A stretch of DNA of 64,000 nt, from NCBI GenBank assembly GCA_964565715.1, contig CAZMGG010000011.1, forward strand, positions 121 through 64,120. The letters are read 5' to 3'. Both the position numbers and the translations under genes were made by a program. The notes beneath the pieces are model-generated. The model had not been told where the DNA came from. It saw only the letters and a list, made by a program, of their open reading frames with translations, and searched no databases. This DNA is from an uncultured candidatus Brocadiaceae bacterium. Its GTDB lineage: Bacteria > Planctomycetota > UBA1135 > UBA2386. Of this stretch, positions 45,682 to 54,550 are shown piece by piece (position 1 is the stretch's first letter; each line of letters begins with the position of its first letter).

Positions 45682-47913
45682 ATGTCGCACCCCCGCCTTC
45701 CGTTCGCCCTCCTCGTCCTGCTCCTGCCGCCGGCCCAGGCCCAGGATCCGGCCCACCTGGATGCCACCCGGATCAGCTCCCGCGAGTTCGCACCGCAGCG
45801 CTTCGGCCCGGCCCGCTGGCTCGATGGCCAGCACTACGCCACCCTGGAGAGCAGGCCGGGCGGCGGCCCGCTCGAGCTGGTCCGCTACGAGGCCCGCACC
45901 GGCCAGCGCACGTTGCTGGTGTCGGCGGCGATGCTCTGGGTGCCCGACGAGGGCCGCGCGCTCGGCATCGAGGACTACGCGTTCTCGCCGGACGGCACCC
46001 GGCTGCTCCTGTTCACCGACAGCGAGCGCGTCTGGCGGCAGAACACCCGGGGCGAGTACTACGTGCTGCCGCTGGATGGCAGCCGCGCGCCGCGCCGCCT
46101 CGGCGGCAGGCTGCCGAAGTCGTCGTTGATGTTCGCCAAGTGGTCGCCGGACGGCAGCCGCGTGGCCTACGTGGCCGCGCACGACCTCTACGTCGAGGCG
46201 CCTGGCAGCGAGCCCGTGCGGCTCACCCGCGATGGCTCCGCCACCCTCATCAACGGCACCTTCGACTGGGTCTACGAGGAGGAGTTCGACTGCCGCGACG
46301 GCTTCCGCTGGAGCCCCGACGGCAGCCGCATCGCCTTCTGGCAGCTCGATGCCGAGGGCGTCGGGGAATTCCTGATGATCGACAACCTGGCGGGGCCCTA
46401 CAGCAAGGTCGTGCCGGTGCAGTTCCCGAAGGCCGGCACCACCAACTCCGCCTGCCGGATCGGCGTGATCCCGGCCAAGGGCGGCGACGTCGTCTGGATG
46501 CAGACGCCGGGCGATCCGCGCAACACCTACCTGCCGCGGATGGAATGGCATCCGGGCGGCAGGGAACTGATGGTGCAGTGGCTGCCCCGCGAGCAGAACC
46601 GCGTCGACGTGTTCGCCTGCGACGCCGAAACCGGCGCCCGCCGGACGGTCTGGACCGAACGCGACCAGGCCTACATCGACATCCGCGAGGACTTCCGCTG
46701 GCTCGAGGACGGCAAGGCGTTCTTCTGGACCGGCGACGGCGACGGCTGGCGGCACGCCCGCCGCATCGCCTGGCCAGACGGCACGGCCACGCTGCTGACG
46801 CCCGGCGACTACGACCTGATGGCGGTGCTGCACGTCGACGAGAGGCAGGGCCGGATCCTGTGCGCCGCCTCGCCGGACGACGGCACGCAGCAGTACCTGT
46901 ATGCGGTGCCGCTGCAGGGCGGGCCCGCCGAGCGCCTCACGCCCAAGGACCAGCCCGGCTGGCACGACCACCAGGTCTCGCCGGATGGCTCCCTGTCGAT
47001 CCGCACGCACTCGCGCTTCGCCGTGCCGCCGATCATCGACCTGGTGGCCCTGCCCGCCCACGAGACGGTGCGCACGCTCGTCGACAATGCCGCCCTGCGG
47101 GAACGGCTGGCGGCGCTGCGGACCGGCCAGGACGTGTTCTTCCGCGTGCCGATCGGCGACGGCATCGAACTGGACGGCTGGCAGATGCTGCCGCCGGACT
47201 TCGACCCGGCGAAGACCTGGCCGGTGCTGTTCCACGTCTACGGCGAGCCCTGGTCGCAGACCGTCAAGGACACCTGGTTCCTCTCGCACCACCTGTTCCA
47301 CCGCTGGGCCACCCAGCAGGGCTACGTGGTGATCAGCATCGACGCCCGCGGCACGCCGGCCCCCCGGGGCCGGGACTGGCGCAAGGCGCTGTACCAGCAG
47401 ATCGGCGTGCGCAGCACCGCCGACTGGGGCAAGGCCGTGCGCGCCCTGCAGGAACGGCACCCCTGGATCGACAGGACCCGCTGCGCGGTCTGGGGCTGGT
47501 CCGGCGGCGGCTCGATGACCCTCAATCTGCTGTTCCGCGACCCGGCCCTGTTCCAGGCCGGCATTTCGGTGGCGCCGGTCACCGACATCGGCCTCTATGA
47601 CACGATCTATCAGGAGCGTTACAGCGGCATCCCGCAGCAGGTGCCCGAGGTCTACCGGCAATCGTCGCCCGTGCACTTCGCCGGCAACCTGCAGGGCCAT
47701 CTGCTGCTGGTGCACGGCACCGGCGACGACAATGTCCACTACCAGCACGCCGAGCTGCTGGTGGACGCCTTGATCGCGGCGGGCAAGCGGTTCGAGTTCC
47801 TGCCCTATCCGAACCGCACCCACGCCATCGCCGAGGGCAAGGGCACCCGCGCCCATCTGTATGGCTCGCTGCTCGACTTCCTGCAGCGGCGCGTGCCGGC
47901 GGGCCCGCGGTAG
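45682..47913 (+). CDS. dipeptidyl-peptidase IV / S9B prolyl oligopeptidase family
   Basis: Signal peptide MSHPRLPFALLVLLLPPAQAQ. N-terminal beta-propeller blocks (NGTFDWVYEEEF, FWQLD). The catalytic GWSGGGSM and the C-terminal HGTGDDNVHYQH are present. Confidence 0.88.
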   Translation: MSHPRLPFALLVLLLPPAQAQDPAHLDATRISSREFAPQRFGPARWLDGQHYATLESRPGGGPLELVRYEARTGQRTLLVSAAMLWVPDEGRALGIEDYAFSPDGTRLLLFTDSERVWRQNTRGEYYVLPLDGSRAPRRLGGRLPKSSLMFAKWSPDGSRVAYVAAHDLYVEAPGSEPVRLTRDGSATLINGTFDWVYEEEFDCRDGFRWSPDGSRIAFWQLDAEGVGEFLMIDNLAGPYSKVVPVQFPKAGTTNSACRIGVIPAKGGDVVWMQTPGDPRNTYLPRMEWHPGGRELMVQWLPREQNRVDVFACDAETGARRTVWTERDQAYIDIREDFRWLEDGKAFFWTGDGDGWRHARRIAWPDGTATLLTPGDYDLMAVLHVDERQGRILCAASPDDGTQQYLYAVPLQGGPAERLTPKDQPGWHDHQVSPDGSLSIRTHSRFAVPPIIDLVALPAHETVRTLVDNAALRERLAALRTGQDVFFRVPIGDGIELDGWQMLPPDFDPAKTWPVLFHVYGEPWSQTVKDTWFLSHHLFHRWATQQGYVVISIDARGTPAPRGRDWRKALYQQIGVRSTADWGKAVRALQERHPWIDRTRCAVWGWSGGGSMTLNLLFRDPALFQAGISVAPVTDIGLYDTIYQERYSGIPQQVPEVYRQSSPVHFAGNLQGHLLLVHGTGDDNVHYQHAELLVDALIAAGKRFEFLPYPNRTHAIAEGKGTRAHLYGSLLDFLQRRVPAGPR

Positions 47914-47983
47914 GGGAGCACCGATCGCATCGGCGGTTTGCGGCGGCCTGCGGTCCGGCGCCGGCGACGGCCGAAGCCGGGAC

Positions 47984-48376
47984 ATGACTCGCCGTTTCGC
48001 CGTGCTGTCGTCTCTCCTCCTCGCCGCCTGCGGCGGCGCCACCGCCAAGGACCCGAAGTCGGTCCTGCAGTCCTTCCTCACCGCGGTGGAGAAGGCCGAT
48101 GGGCCCGGGGCCCGTCGCCTGCTGGTGACCGCCGAGCAGCATGACGAGTCGCTGTCCTTCGAGCGCGAGGGCCTGCAGGACGGCTACCGGCTCGGCGCCG
48201 CCCGGGTGACCGGCGACCGGGCGCAGGTGCCGATGACCGTGCAGCGGAACGGCAAGGAGATGACGCTGCCGATGGTCCTGCACAAGCAGGACGACGGCTG
48301 GCGTCTCTGCCTGCACGACACGATGCAGGCGGCGCTGGACGAGATGCGCCAGCGGGCCGGCCAGCCGCCGCGCTGA
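47984..48376 (+). CDS. small lipoprotein (DUF4878-like)
   Basis: MTRRFAVLSSLLLAACGG lipobox. ...SVLQSFLTAVEKADGPGARRLL... is NTF2-like. Confidence 0.6.
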   Translation: MTRRFAVLSSLLLAACGGATAKDPKSVLQSFLTAVEKADGPGARRLLVTAEQHDESLSFEREGLQDGYRLGAARVTGDRAQVPMTVQRNGKEMTLPMVLHKQDDGWRLCLHDTMQAALDEMRQRAGQPPR

Positions 48377-48693
48377 TCGGGAGGGCACGCTGCAGCGGCC
48401 GGTTGCCCGCCAAGCGGGAGCGTAGGTTGAGTCTGCCCAGGGACTTCCGTGCGCGTCGGCGGGGCAGGGGCGGGGCGCACTCAGCCAAGCCTGGCGGGAA
48501 TCTGGTTTACACCCTCCGATGTACCGTCGTGACGGGTAGTCGGGGTCACGATGCGCCCCTCGCACCACGACCCCGATGCGCCCGCACCATGCCTGATGTG
48601 AGCCTCAGCGAGGTTCACGCATGCGCCGATTCCTCATGCTGCGACTGGAGGTGCCCGATCGTTGGCTTTGCGCGTAGATTCTCACTCGGATTC

Positions 48694-49041
48694 ATGGTGG
48701 CGTCGCTTGCGACCGTCACCTGGGCTGCGGTAAGGCCGAGCGCGCACACGTGCCGCCTCGTCCTGGACTGGAACCAGGTTGGGCAGGTGTGGGTGCCAGC
48801 GTGTGAAGGGGAGTGTGACGAGGGATGTGTCCCCACTTCCGAGGTGATCGATGGGCGCCTGACGACGACGTGCTACTGCGACGGGTTGGATCCGGTAGGC
48901 TCGTGTGCTGGAATGCACGTCGACAACGACTGGGACCTCGTCATCTGTGACGCCACGCTGTATTGCTCCAAGTGCCTAGAGCCATACTCACCGGCGCCCG
49001 GCAGTCCGGGCCAGCGGATCGAGGCTTGCCCGTGCCAGTGA
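48694..49041 (+). CDS. small cysteine-rich protein (115 aa, 12 Cys)
   Basis: MVASLATVTWAAV...HTCRLVLDWN...PACEGECDEGCVP...TTCYCDG...GSCAG...VICDATLYCSKCLEP...EACPCQ. Its stop overlaps the next ATG (TGATG). It lies in the lower-GC region. Start chosen by me. Confidence 0.45.
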   Translation: MVASLATVTWAAVRPSAHTCRLVLDWNQVGQVWVPACEGECDEGCVPTSEVIDGRLTTTCYCDGLDPVGSCAGMHVDNDWDLVICDATLYCSKCLEPYSPAPGSPGQRIEACPCQ

Positions 49042-50615
49042 TGGCGCCGAAGCCTGGGCGTGGCATGATCCGCTGGGTCGTTGTCGTGCTCGGCGCATTG
49101 GCGCTGATTGTCTGGGTTTGTCGTGGTATGGAGGTCGCCGGTCCCCAGCCGGCACAGGTCCCTCGCTCCGACATCCCCTTGCTTGAGGATGCGACGCCTG
49201 CCACGCCGCAGTCGGAGCGGGTCCAGGTCCAGCCCTCTCCTGCCCTGCGAGCGCGGCTCGAGGTCGCGGTACTGTCACGGGGGGAACGGATCGTGGCGGC
49301 AGACGTGTGGGTCACCAAGGAGGAGGGTCGCCGACGGCTCCATGCCGAGCCGTCCGGCCGGACGGGGGGCGATGGTATCGCCGCGATCGAGGTTCCGAAG
49401 AATGCCGCAGACATCGTGGTCGCGGCCAGGCGAGGCTACGTGACCGCCGGCGTTGCTGCATCCGAAGCCCATGAGGGCAGGCTGACCATCGAACTCGAGC
49501 CCGCACACGGAGTCATCGTCGAGTGCCTCGATCTCTCCGGTGTCCCGGTTGCCGGGCTGCGACTCGCATTGAGTCGGGCCATGTGGCAGGCGGGCCCTGG
49601 TGACGACGGAAGTCGGCACGGGATCGCCGGATTCGATCCCGAGCAGGCGCTGCACGTGAGCGACAGTGATCGAGGCGGGCTGGCGACATTCTCCGACCTC
49701 TCGACAGGCCTCTACGAGCTGTGGGTCTGGAGTCCCGATTGGTTCGAGCACCATCGAAGCTGGCGGACCAACATCCCGGTGCCGACCACGGAGCGCCTCC
49801 AGCTCCGGGTCGCAAAGGCGCTTGCGTGCGGTGTCGTGTTCCGGGGAGACGAGGTGGTCTCGGAACGCTTCCAGGGAGGGTTCGTGACCATTCGCGACAG
49901 GCCCCGCCTGTCGGCAGCCGAGTCCGAACTACGAGAGCGGTTCCCCGGCGCGCGCTGCTACGTGACACTGCCCCGCCAGGCGGGTGAGGACCGGGTGACC
50001 GCCACCTTCTTCCTGCGCAGCTCGGGGTCGAAGGGGATGGACCTCCGGCTCGTTCCACTCCAGGACTTCGGCGGGCCTGAGGAGGTCATCCTCACGACGT
50101 CGGGCCGCGATCCTCGATCTGGCCGGGTGTCCGTGATCCTGTCGCAGCCCTGCGGCACCGAGGTGGACGGGCAGGAGCTGCTGCTGCAGAGCGTCGTCGT
50201 CGGCACCATGGTGATGAAGGGCGGCGTCACCGGCAGTGCCGTCGAGGTCCCGCCCGGACCGCATCGCATCGTGTTCCGTGACCCATTGCTCAGGCACTGG
50301 GCGCAACGATCCGGCAAGAACACCCTCACGGTCGCGCCCGGGAGCGAGGAGCGCCATGTCGTTGTTCTCCCCGGGGATGTCAGGCCATGCGTGATCACCT
50401 ATCGGGACGGCGCCGAGGACCGGACCCCGCGACACGTCGAGGTGGCCTTTGGCAACGAGCGTATCTCAGCCCGCCCCGCGGAGAGCACGCCACTGCTGCT
50501 GCCTGTGGGCTTGGAACTTCAGGTCGAGGTCGTGTCCGCCCGTGGAGAGCGCATGCGACGAACCATCGCCGTGGAATCAGGGACGAGACCGGTAGCGATC
50601 CGCATGGATCGGTGA
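49041..50615 (+). CDS. N-terminally membrane-anchored protein with carboxypeptidase-regulatory-like beta-sandwich repeats (paralog 1)
   Basis: TM helix IRWVVVVLGALALIVWV. Repeats are of the type VIVECLDLSGVPVAGLRLALSR...SDSDRGGLATFSDLSTGLYELWVW. It is collinear with the protein at 52508..54259. Confidence 0.6.
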   Translation: MAPKPGRGMIRWVVVVLGALALIVWVCRGMEVAGPQPAQVPRSDIPLLEDATPATPQSERVQVQPSPALRARLEVAVLSRGERIVAADVWVTKEEGRRRLHAEPSGRTGGDGIAAIEVPKNAADIVVAARRGYVTAGVAASEAHEGRLTIELEPAHGVIVECLDLSGVPVAGLRLALSRAMWQAGPGDDGSRHGIAGFDPEQALHVSDSDRGGLATFSDLSTGLYELWVWSPDWFEHHRSWRTNIPVPTTERLQLRVAKALACGVVFRGDEVVSERFQGGFVTIRDRPRLSAAESELRERFPGARCYVTLPRQAGEDRVTATFFLRSSGSKGMDLRLVPLQDFGGPEEVILTTSGRDPRSGRVSVILSQPCGTEVDGQELLLQSVVVGTMVMKGGVTGSAVEVPPGPHRIVFRDPLLRHWAQRSGKNTLTVAPGSEERHVVVLPGDVRPCVITYRDGAEDRTPRHVEVAFGNERISARPAESTPLLLPVGLELQVEVVSARGERMRRTIAVESGTRPVAIRMDR

Positions 50616-50883
50616 CGCATGCCGGTCTGGGTGCGGTTGCTTCGGCGCCTTCGATCCTGGGGCGAGTGGGCACCTGGCATTGGTGGGTCTGCTCGGTGTG
50701 CTCGGCTCCGCAGGCCTCTACCTGTCCTCTGAGGGTTGCAGTCGATCGGCAGCATCGGGATCCAAGGCGCAACGTGGGTAGCGATGCAGATCAAGGGGGC
50801 AGTGCGGCGGCATCGCACGATGCAAGTGCCTGCACCCCAGACGGGCAGCCCATGCCCTGACCTAAGTTCGCGTCCGCCGTGGC

Positions 50884-51558
50884 TTACACGGCGACGGCCC
50901 AGCGCAGGCCGAACGGCAGCGCCGCCGGGCCGTACAGGAAGTGCAGCACCCGCCGCGGGCCCTCGCCGGTCTGCCGGGACGAGCGGTGCAGCAGCAGTGG
51001 CCGCAGCACCAGGGCGCCGCCGCACGGCACCGGACAGGGCACCTCGCCGTGCAGCCGGCGCAGGGTCAGGGCCTGCTCGACGGTGAGCCGTCCTGCCCCG
51101 TGCGAGCCTGCCACGACCCAGAGCGCGCCGTCGCCAGGACTGGCGGGGTCGAGCTGCAGGCGCACGGCGACCAGCGCTTCCAGCACGGCGTCCGGCGGCT
51201 GCGCGAACAGACAGTCATCCTTCAGGCTCCAGCCGGTGACCTCGGGTGCCGGCACCCGCTCCGCGACGGGGATGCTCAGGTCCTGGTGCAGCGGCACCAG
51301 CCAGTTGCGCGTGGCTGTCTTGGCGAACAGCGTGCATTGCACGCAGCGGAGGTCCTGGAGGATCGCCGCCAAGGCCGGGTGCCGGCGCAGTTCCGCCGCC
51401 AGCGCCCGCACGAGGGGGCGTTCCAGCAGGGTGCGGCTGCCGGCCTCACCGAAGTCGGCGATGACGCCGAGCACCTCGTCGAGGCGGGCCTGGTCGAGCA
51501 AGGGTCCGGTGATGGCGTGGCCGGACCGGGACAGCGCCGCCAGGATGGCATCGCTCAT
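50884..51558 (-). CDS. phytanoyl-CoA dioxygenase (PhyH)-like Fe(II)/2OG oxygenase
   Basis: ...NWLVPLHQDLSIPV (HxD), ...GALWVVAGSHG..., ...GGALVLRPLLLHRS. It is about 224 aa. The start ATG 51558 overlaps the upstream gene stop. Confidence 0.65.
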   Translation of the reverse strand: MSDAILAALSRSGHAITGPLLDQARLDEVLGVIADFGEAGSRTLLERPLVRALAAELRRHPALAAILQDLRCVQCTLFAKTATRNWLVPLHQDLSIPVAERVPAPEVTGWSLKDDCLFAQPPDAVLEALVAVRLQLDPASPGDGALWVVAGSHGAGRLTVEQALTLRRLHGEVPCPVPCGGALVLRPLLLHRSSRQTGEGPRRVLHFLYGPAALPFGLRWAVAV

Positions 51559-52115
51559 CCGCCCGCCTCGGCGATCGCCCGGGCCAGGTTCTGGCGCGCG
51601 GCACCCTCGAGCCGCTGGCCCCACGGCGTGCAGAAGATGCGTTCCTTGCCCAGCATCGTCCGCAGGAAGGCGAGGCGGCCGGTGCGGAACGCGTCGTCGG
51701 GGACATGGGCGTATTCGGCGCGGATCGCCGCGGCATTGCGGCAGAAATGCTCCCACGGGACCGCCAGCGGCTGCAGATCGAGATCGATCACCGGCGCCGC
51801 CTCGGGGATGGAGGGCTGGTGCGACCTGGTGTCGCGGACGATGCGCGCGACGAGCGCGGTGGTCGCGGCGTCGTGCCCCGCGGCGGGCAGCAGACGCTCG
51901 CACAGGAACGCGCTCTGCTCCTCGTTGTCGTCGCGGCGCGGGTCGTAGATGGCGTCGTGGAACCAGATCGCCAGCACCTGGGCGTCGGACAGCGGCAGCG
52001 CGCGGCCGAGGTCCAGCATGGTCGCGATGTGCGGCAGCGCGTGGTAGTGCCGGTGCGGCTCCAGGTAGCGACGGGTGAGGTCGAGGAGCAGGTCGGGACG
52101 GGGCTCGGTGCCCAT
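51555..52115 (-). CDS. HD-like predicted metal-dependent phosphohydrolase
   Basis: RYLEPHRHYHALPHIATML...VLAIWFHDAIYDP...: the HYH...H...HD pattern of a small HD-related family. Confidence 0.65.
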   Translation of the reverse strand: MGTEPRPDLLLDLTRRYLEPHRHYHALPHIATMLDLGRALPLSDAQVLAIWFHDAIYDPRRDDNEEQSAFLCERLLPAAGHDAATTALVARIVRDTRSHQPSIPEAAPVIDLDLQPLAVPWEHFCRNAAAIRAEYAHVPDDAFRTGRLAFLRTMLGKERIFCTPWGQRLEGAARQNLARAIAEAGG

Positions 52116-52507
52116 GGCGGAGAGGATCGGCGGGCGGCCGGCGCGTGGCAAGCGCTGGGGGGTGAGGTGGAGTTATTAAGATCGCACCTGGGGCGAAGGG
52201 GCCCTGGTGCGGGCGGTTGCGCTCGCAGTGTTCGGCTGATAGGCTGCCACAACCGCTTGCCGAGTCCTGCTCGCCCGAGCCCAGCTCGAAGGAGAACCGG
52301 AGTGGAAACCGCCGATTCTGTTGGTGATCCCGCTGGCCGTCGCTGGGTGGGAGTCGTGTGCCTGGAGTGGGACGACGGACAGTGAGGGCAGGGTGAGCTT
52401 CGGAGGCGTCCTTGCGGGACGTGGCATCGATGTGTTCGTGACTGAGACCGGACGTTGGCGGACATTGGAGTGCGAAGAACGCGGCCAGGGCCGCTTCTTC
52501 GCCAGGT

Positions 52508-54259
52508 ATGCCATCGCGCCAAGGTGACGTGCATGGGTGCTGCAGGCGGCGCACCGGAGAAGTGGACGAGGCGGCGGCCGAGCCGATGGTCCGCCGGCAC
52601 CCGGATCGCCGTCATGCTGCTGGTCTCTGCGGTGGTGTGCTGGTGGCTGGTGGCGGACCACCGCGACATTCCCGGCGACCCCCGGGTGCCGGTGCCCCAT
52701 CAGGCTCCGGAGCCGCGCACGCCGTCGCGGCTCCGCCGACCGATCACGAGCCGGATCTACGGGCCGAGGTGTTGCCGGATCCGGCCTCTGGCCGGGTCTT
52801 CCACGTCGTCACGGGCGACGGCGAACCGCTGGCAGAGTCTGTGGCTCACGTCGCGGCGTCGACCGACCGGGAACTGCCGCCGACCCTGGTCCCGTGGCAC
52901 GCCGACGCTGCCGGACGCATCGTCCTGCCGAACGACCTGGAACTCCGGACAGAGGAAGTGCTGGTGTTCCGCGCACCGGGTCATCTGTCGGCGGTCTCGG
53001 CGGCGACCACGGGGGGCAGGGTCGTCCTGCACCGGAGTGCAGTTCTCCAAGGGTGCGCCAGGCTGGCCACCGGCGATGGCGTTCCGGGCCTCGCGGTCAG
53101 CCTCTCGAGGGTGCACTTGACCCTGGACCTTGCGCAACCCGAGCGGAACCACCCCGGGGCAATGCCCGGACCCGGTCATGCCGCCGTGTTCCGCGCGGTA
53201 TCCGATGCGCGGGGGAGATTCGCGATCGATGGGTTGGCGCCGGGGACCTGGTGGATGCGGCTCGCACATCCGGACCTGGGCGTCGTCCAGCATTCGGCGG
53301 GCGAAGGGATGGCGGTGGTCGTCCCAGGACCCGAGATCGAGGTGCTCCTCGCGCAGTACTTCGTCGGCCGACTGGTCGTGGCAGGCGAAGGCAGCCTGGC
53401 CATGGTGGGCATGGAGCGGCCGCCCTGGTGCACGGATCATGCGACATACGACGACTCGGTGGAACTGCTGCGCCGGCGCCATCCCGCGCTGCGCACGGCC
53501 TTGCCCGCGCGCGATGCGGTGTTCCTCTGCCTCCCCGATCCGCGACGGTTGCCCGCGGCGGTCGTCGGGCGGGTGTGGGCCGACACGATGGACGGGGCGA
53601 GGCACGAGGTCCGCGTCGCCATGGCGCCGTGGAACGGGTCTGCGGAAGCCCTGGTGGAGACGATCCTGCCGCTCGACGCGCACGTGGGCCGTGCAGCTGG
53701 CGGCCAGGTGCGGGCCGCATTGACCGACCAGGCGGGTGCGCTGGTCCGGTGCGAGATCGACTGGCTCCGGACGGACCGCGAGGGGCCGGGCCCACCGCTG
53801 GTGTTCGCCAGCGACTCGGGGCGGCCGCAGGCCATGCCGAGGGGGCGCTATCAGGTGGCGCCGGCGGATGCCTTCTGGGCGCAGGTGACCGGCTCCACCG
53901 CCGTGGTGGTGGAAGGCGGGGGGGCGGCAGCATCGATGCTCGAGGTCTCATGGCGCCTGCCCATGCGGGTGTGCGAGGTGCGCTTCGTCTCTGCCGAGGC
54001 CGGTCGGTGTGGCGGCAGGCTGATCGTGACCGGCAGGGTCTCTGTGCCCGGACCGTCGGGCGACGTGCTGCCGTTCCGGAGGGCGTTGACCGTCGAGCCG
54101 GGCGCGCCGTGTGGCATGCAACTGCCACCCGGTTCCTATGAGGTGCGCGCAATCGTGGGTGGGTTCGAGAGCGCCCAGGCTTCGTTCGAAGTGCGCGGCG
54201 CGGAGGTGGAGCACATCCAGGTCATGCTGCCGACCATGGTCCCGGATGGCCGGCGATGA
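52508..54259 (+). CDS. beta-sandwich repeat protein, paralog 2 (N-terminal membrane anchor is in another frame; possible frameshift/pseudogene)
   Basis: The body aligns by eye with paralog 1 (GVPGLAVSLSRVHL...VSDARGRFAIDGLAPGTWWMRLAHPDL). The only TM helix (TRIAVMLLVSAVVCWWLVA) is encoded in the frame of track ORF 52455..53120, starting at ATG 52533. Confidence 0.5.
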   Translation: MPSRQGDVHGCCRRRTGEVDEAAAEPMVRRHPDRRHAAGLCGGVLVAGGGPPRHSRRPPGAGAPSGSGAAHAVAAPPTDHEPDLRAEVLPDPASGRVFHVVTGDGEPLAESVAHVAASTDRELPPTLVPWHADAAGRIVLPNDLELRTEEVLVFRAPGHLSAVSAATTGGRVVLHRSAVLQGCARLATGDGVPGLAVSLSRVHLTLDLAQPERNHPGAMPGPGHAAVFRAVSDARGRFAIDGLAPGTWWMRLAHPDLGVVQHSAGEGMAVVVPGPEIEVLLAQYFVGRLVVAGEGSLAMVGMERPPWCTDHATYDDSVELLRRRHPALRTALPARDAVFLCLPDPRRLPAAVVGRVWADTMDGARHEVRVAMAPWNGSAEALVETILPLDAHVGRAAGGQVRAALTDQAGALVRCEIDWLRTDREGPGPPLVFASDSGRPQAMPRGRYQVAPADAFWAQVTGSTAVVVEGGGAAASMLEVSWRLPMRVCEVRFVSAEAGRCGGRLIVTGRVSVPGPSGDVLPFRRALTVEPGAPCGMQLPPGSYEVRAIVGGFESAQASFEVRGAEVEHIQVMLPTMVPDGRR

Positions 54260-54355
54260 CCGGGCAGTAGAGACGCGCACGTCAGGCCCCCCCATGCCAT
54301 CGACGTTCCCACCCAGCCCCGCAGCCGTGCCTGCGTCCGCGCCGATCACGCCCCC

Positions 54356-54550
54356 ATGAGTTGAGTCGGATCCGTCTGCAGCGCCCGGGCGGCGCAGACC
54401 CAGAGCCAGATCGGCATCGCCGTGCTGAAGCAGGCCCTCGATCTGCAGAAGGCCGAGGGCGAGGCCGTACTCCAGCTCCTGCGGAACACCCCGCGGCCGG
54501 TGTCGGTGCCGCAGCCGGGCACCGGCACCCGGGTCGACGTCAGCATCTGA
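54356..54550 (+). CDS. YjfB-like putative motility protein, with in-frame TGA at codon 3
   Basis: ...AAQTQSQIGIAVLKQALDLQKAEGEAVLQLLRNTPRPVSVPQPGTGTRVDVSI matches my memory of the YjfB family (SxxxxGVAVLKKAxDxQxxxxxxLLxxxP..G..IDI). The only in-frame ATG (54356) is followed by AGT TGA. The next canonical start is the GTG at 54422. Confidence 0.45.

Noticed and set aside
50616-50883. Small ORFs in the 270-bp gap after paralog 1. Examples: a 37-aa ORF from ATG 50618, and a Cys-containing about 65-aa ORF from GTG about 50664 ending 50860 (…WHWWVCSVCSAPQASTCPL…).
   Set aside because: There is no convincing RBS, third-position GC is mediocre, no family was recognised, and they overlap each other. 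I treat the stretch as non-coding, though a small RNA or peptide cannot be excluded.
52321-52527. 68-aa ORF (…VIPLAVAGWESCAWSGTTDSEGRVSFGGVLAGRGIDVFV…) upstream of paralog 2. A 27-aa ORF also lies behind an AAGGAG-like sequence at about 52290.
   Set aside because: Its only start is a TTG with no upstream RBS in that frame. It may be a remnant of another beta-sandwich repeat, but I cannot support it as a gene.
25772-54550. Genome-wide reassignment of UGA (to Trp or Gly) as the explanation for the two in-frame TGAs.
   Set aside because: Many well-supported genes in the window terminate at TGA at the family-typical length (fur, the giant 1029..5366 gene, glnN, lgt, aroK). Known UGA-recoding lineages are low-GC.
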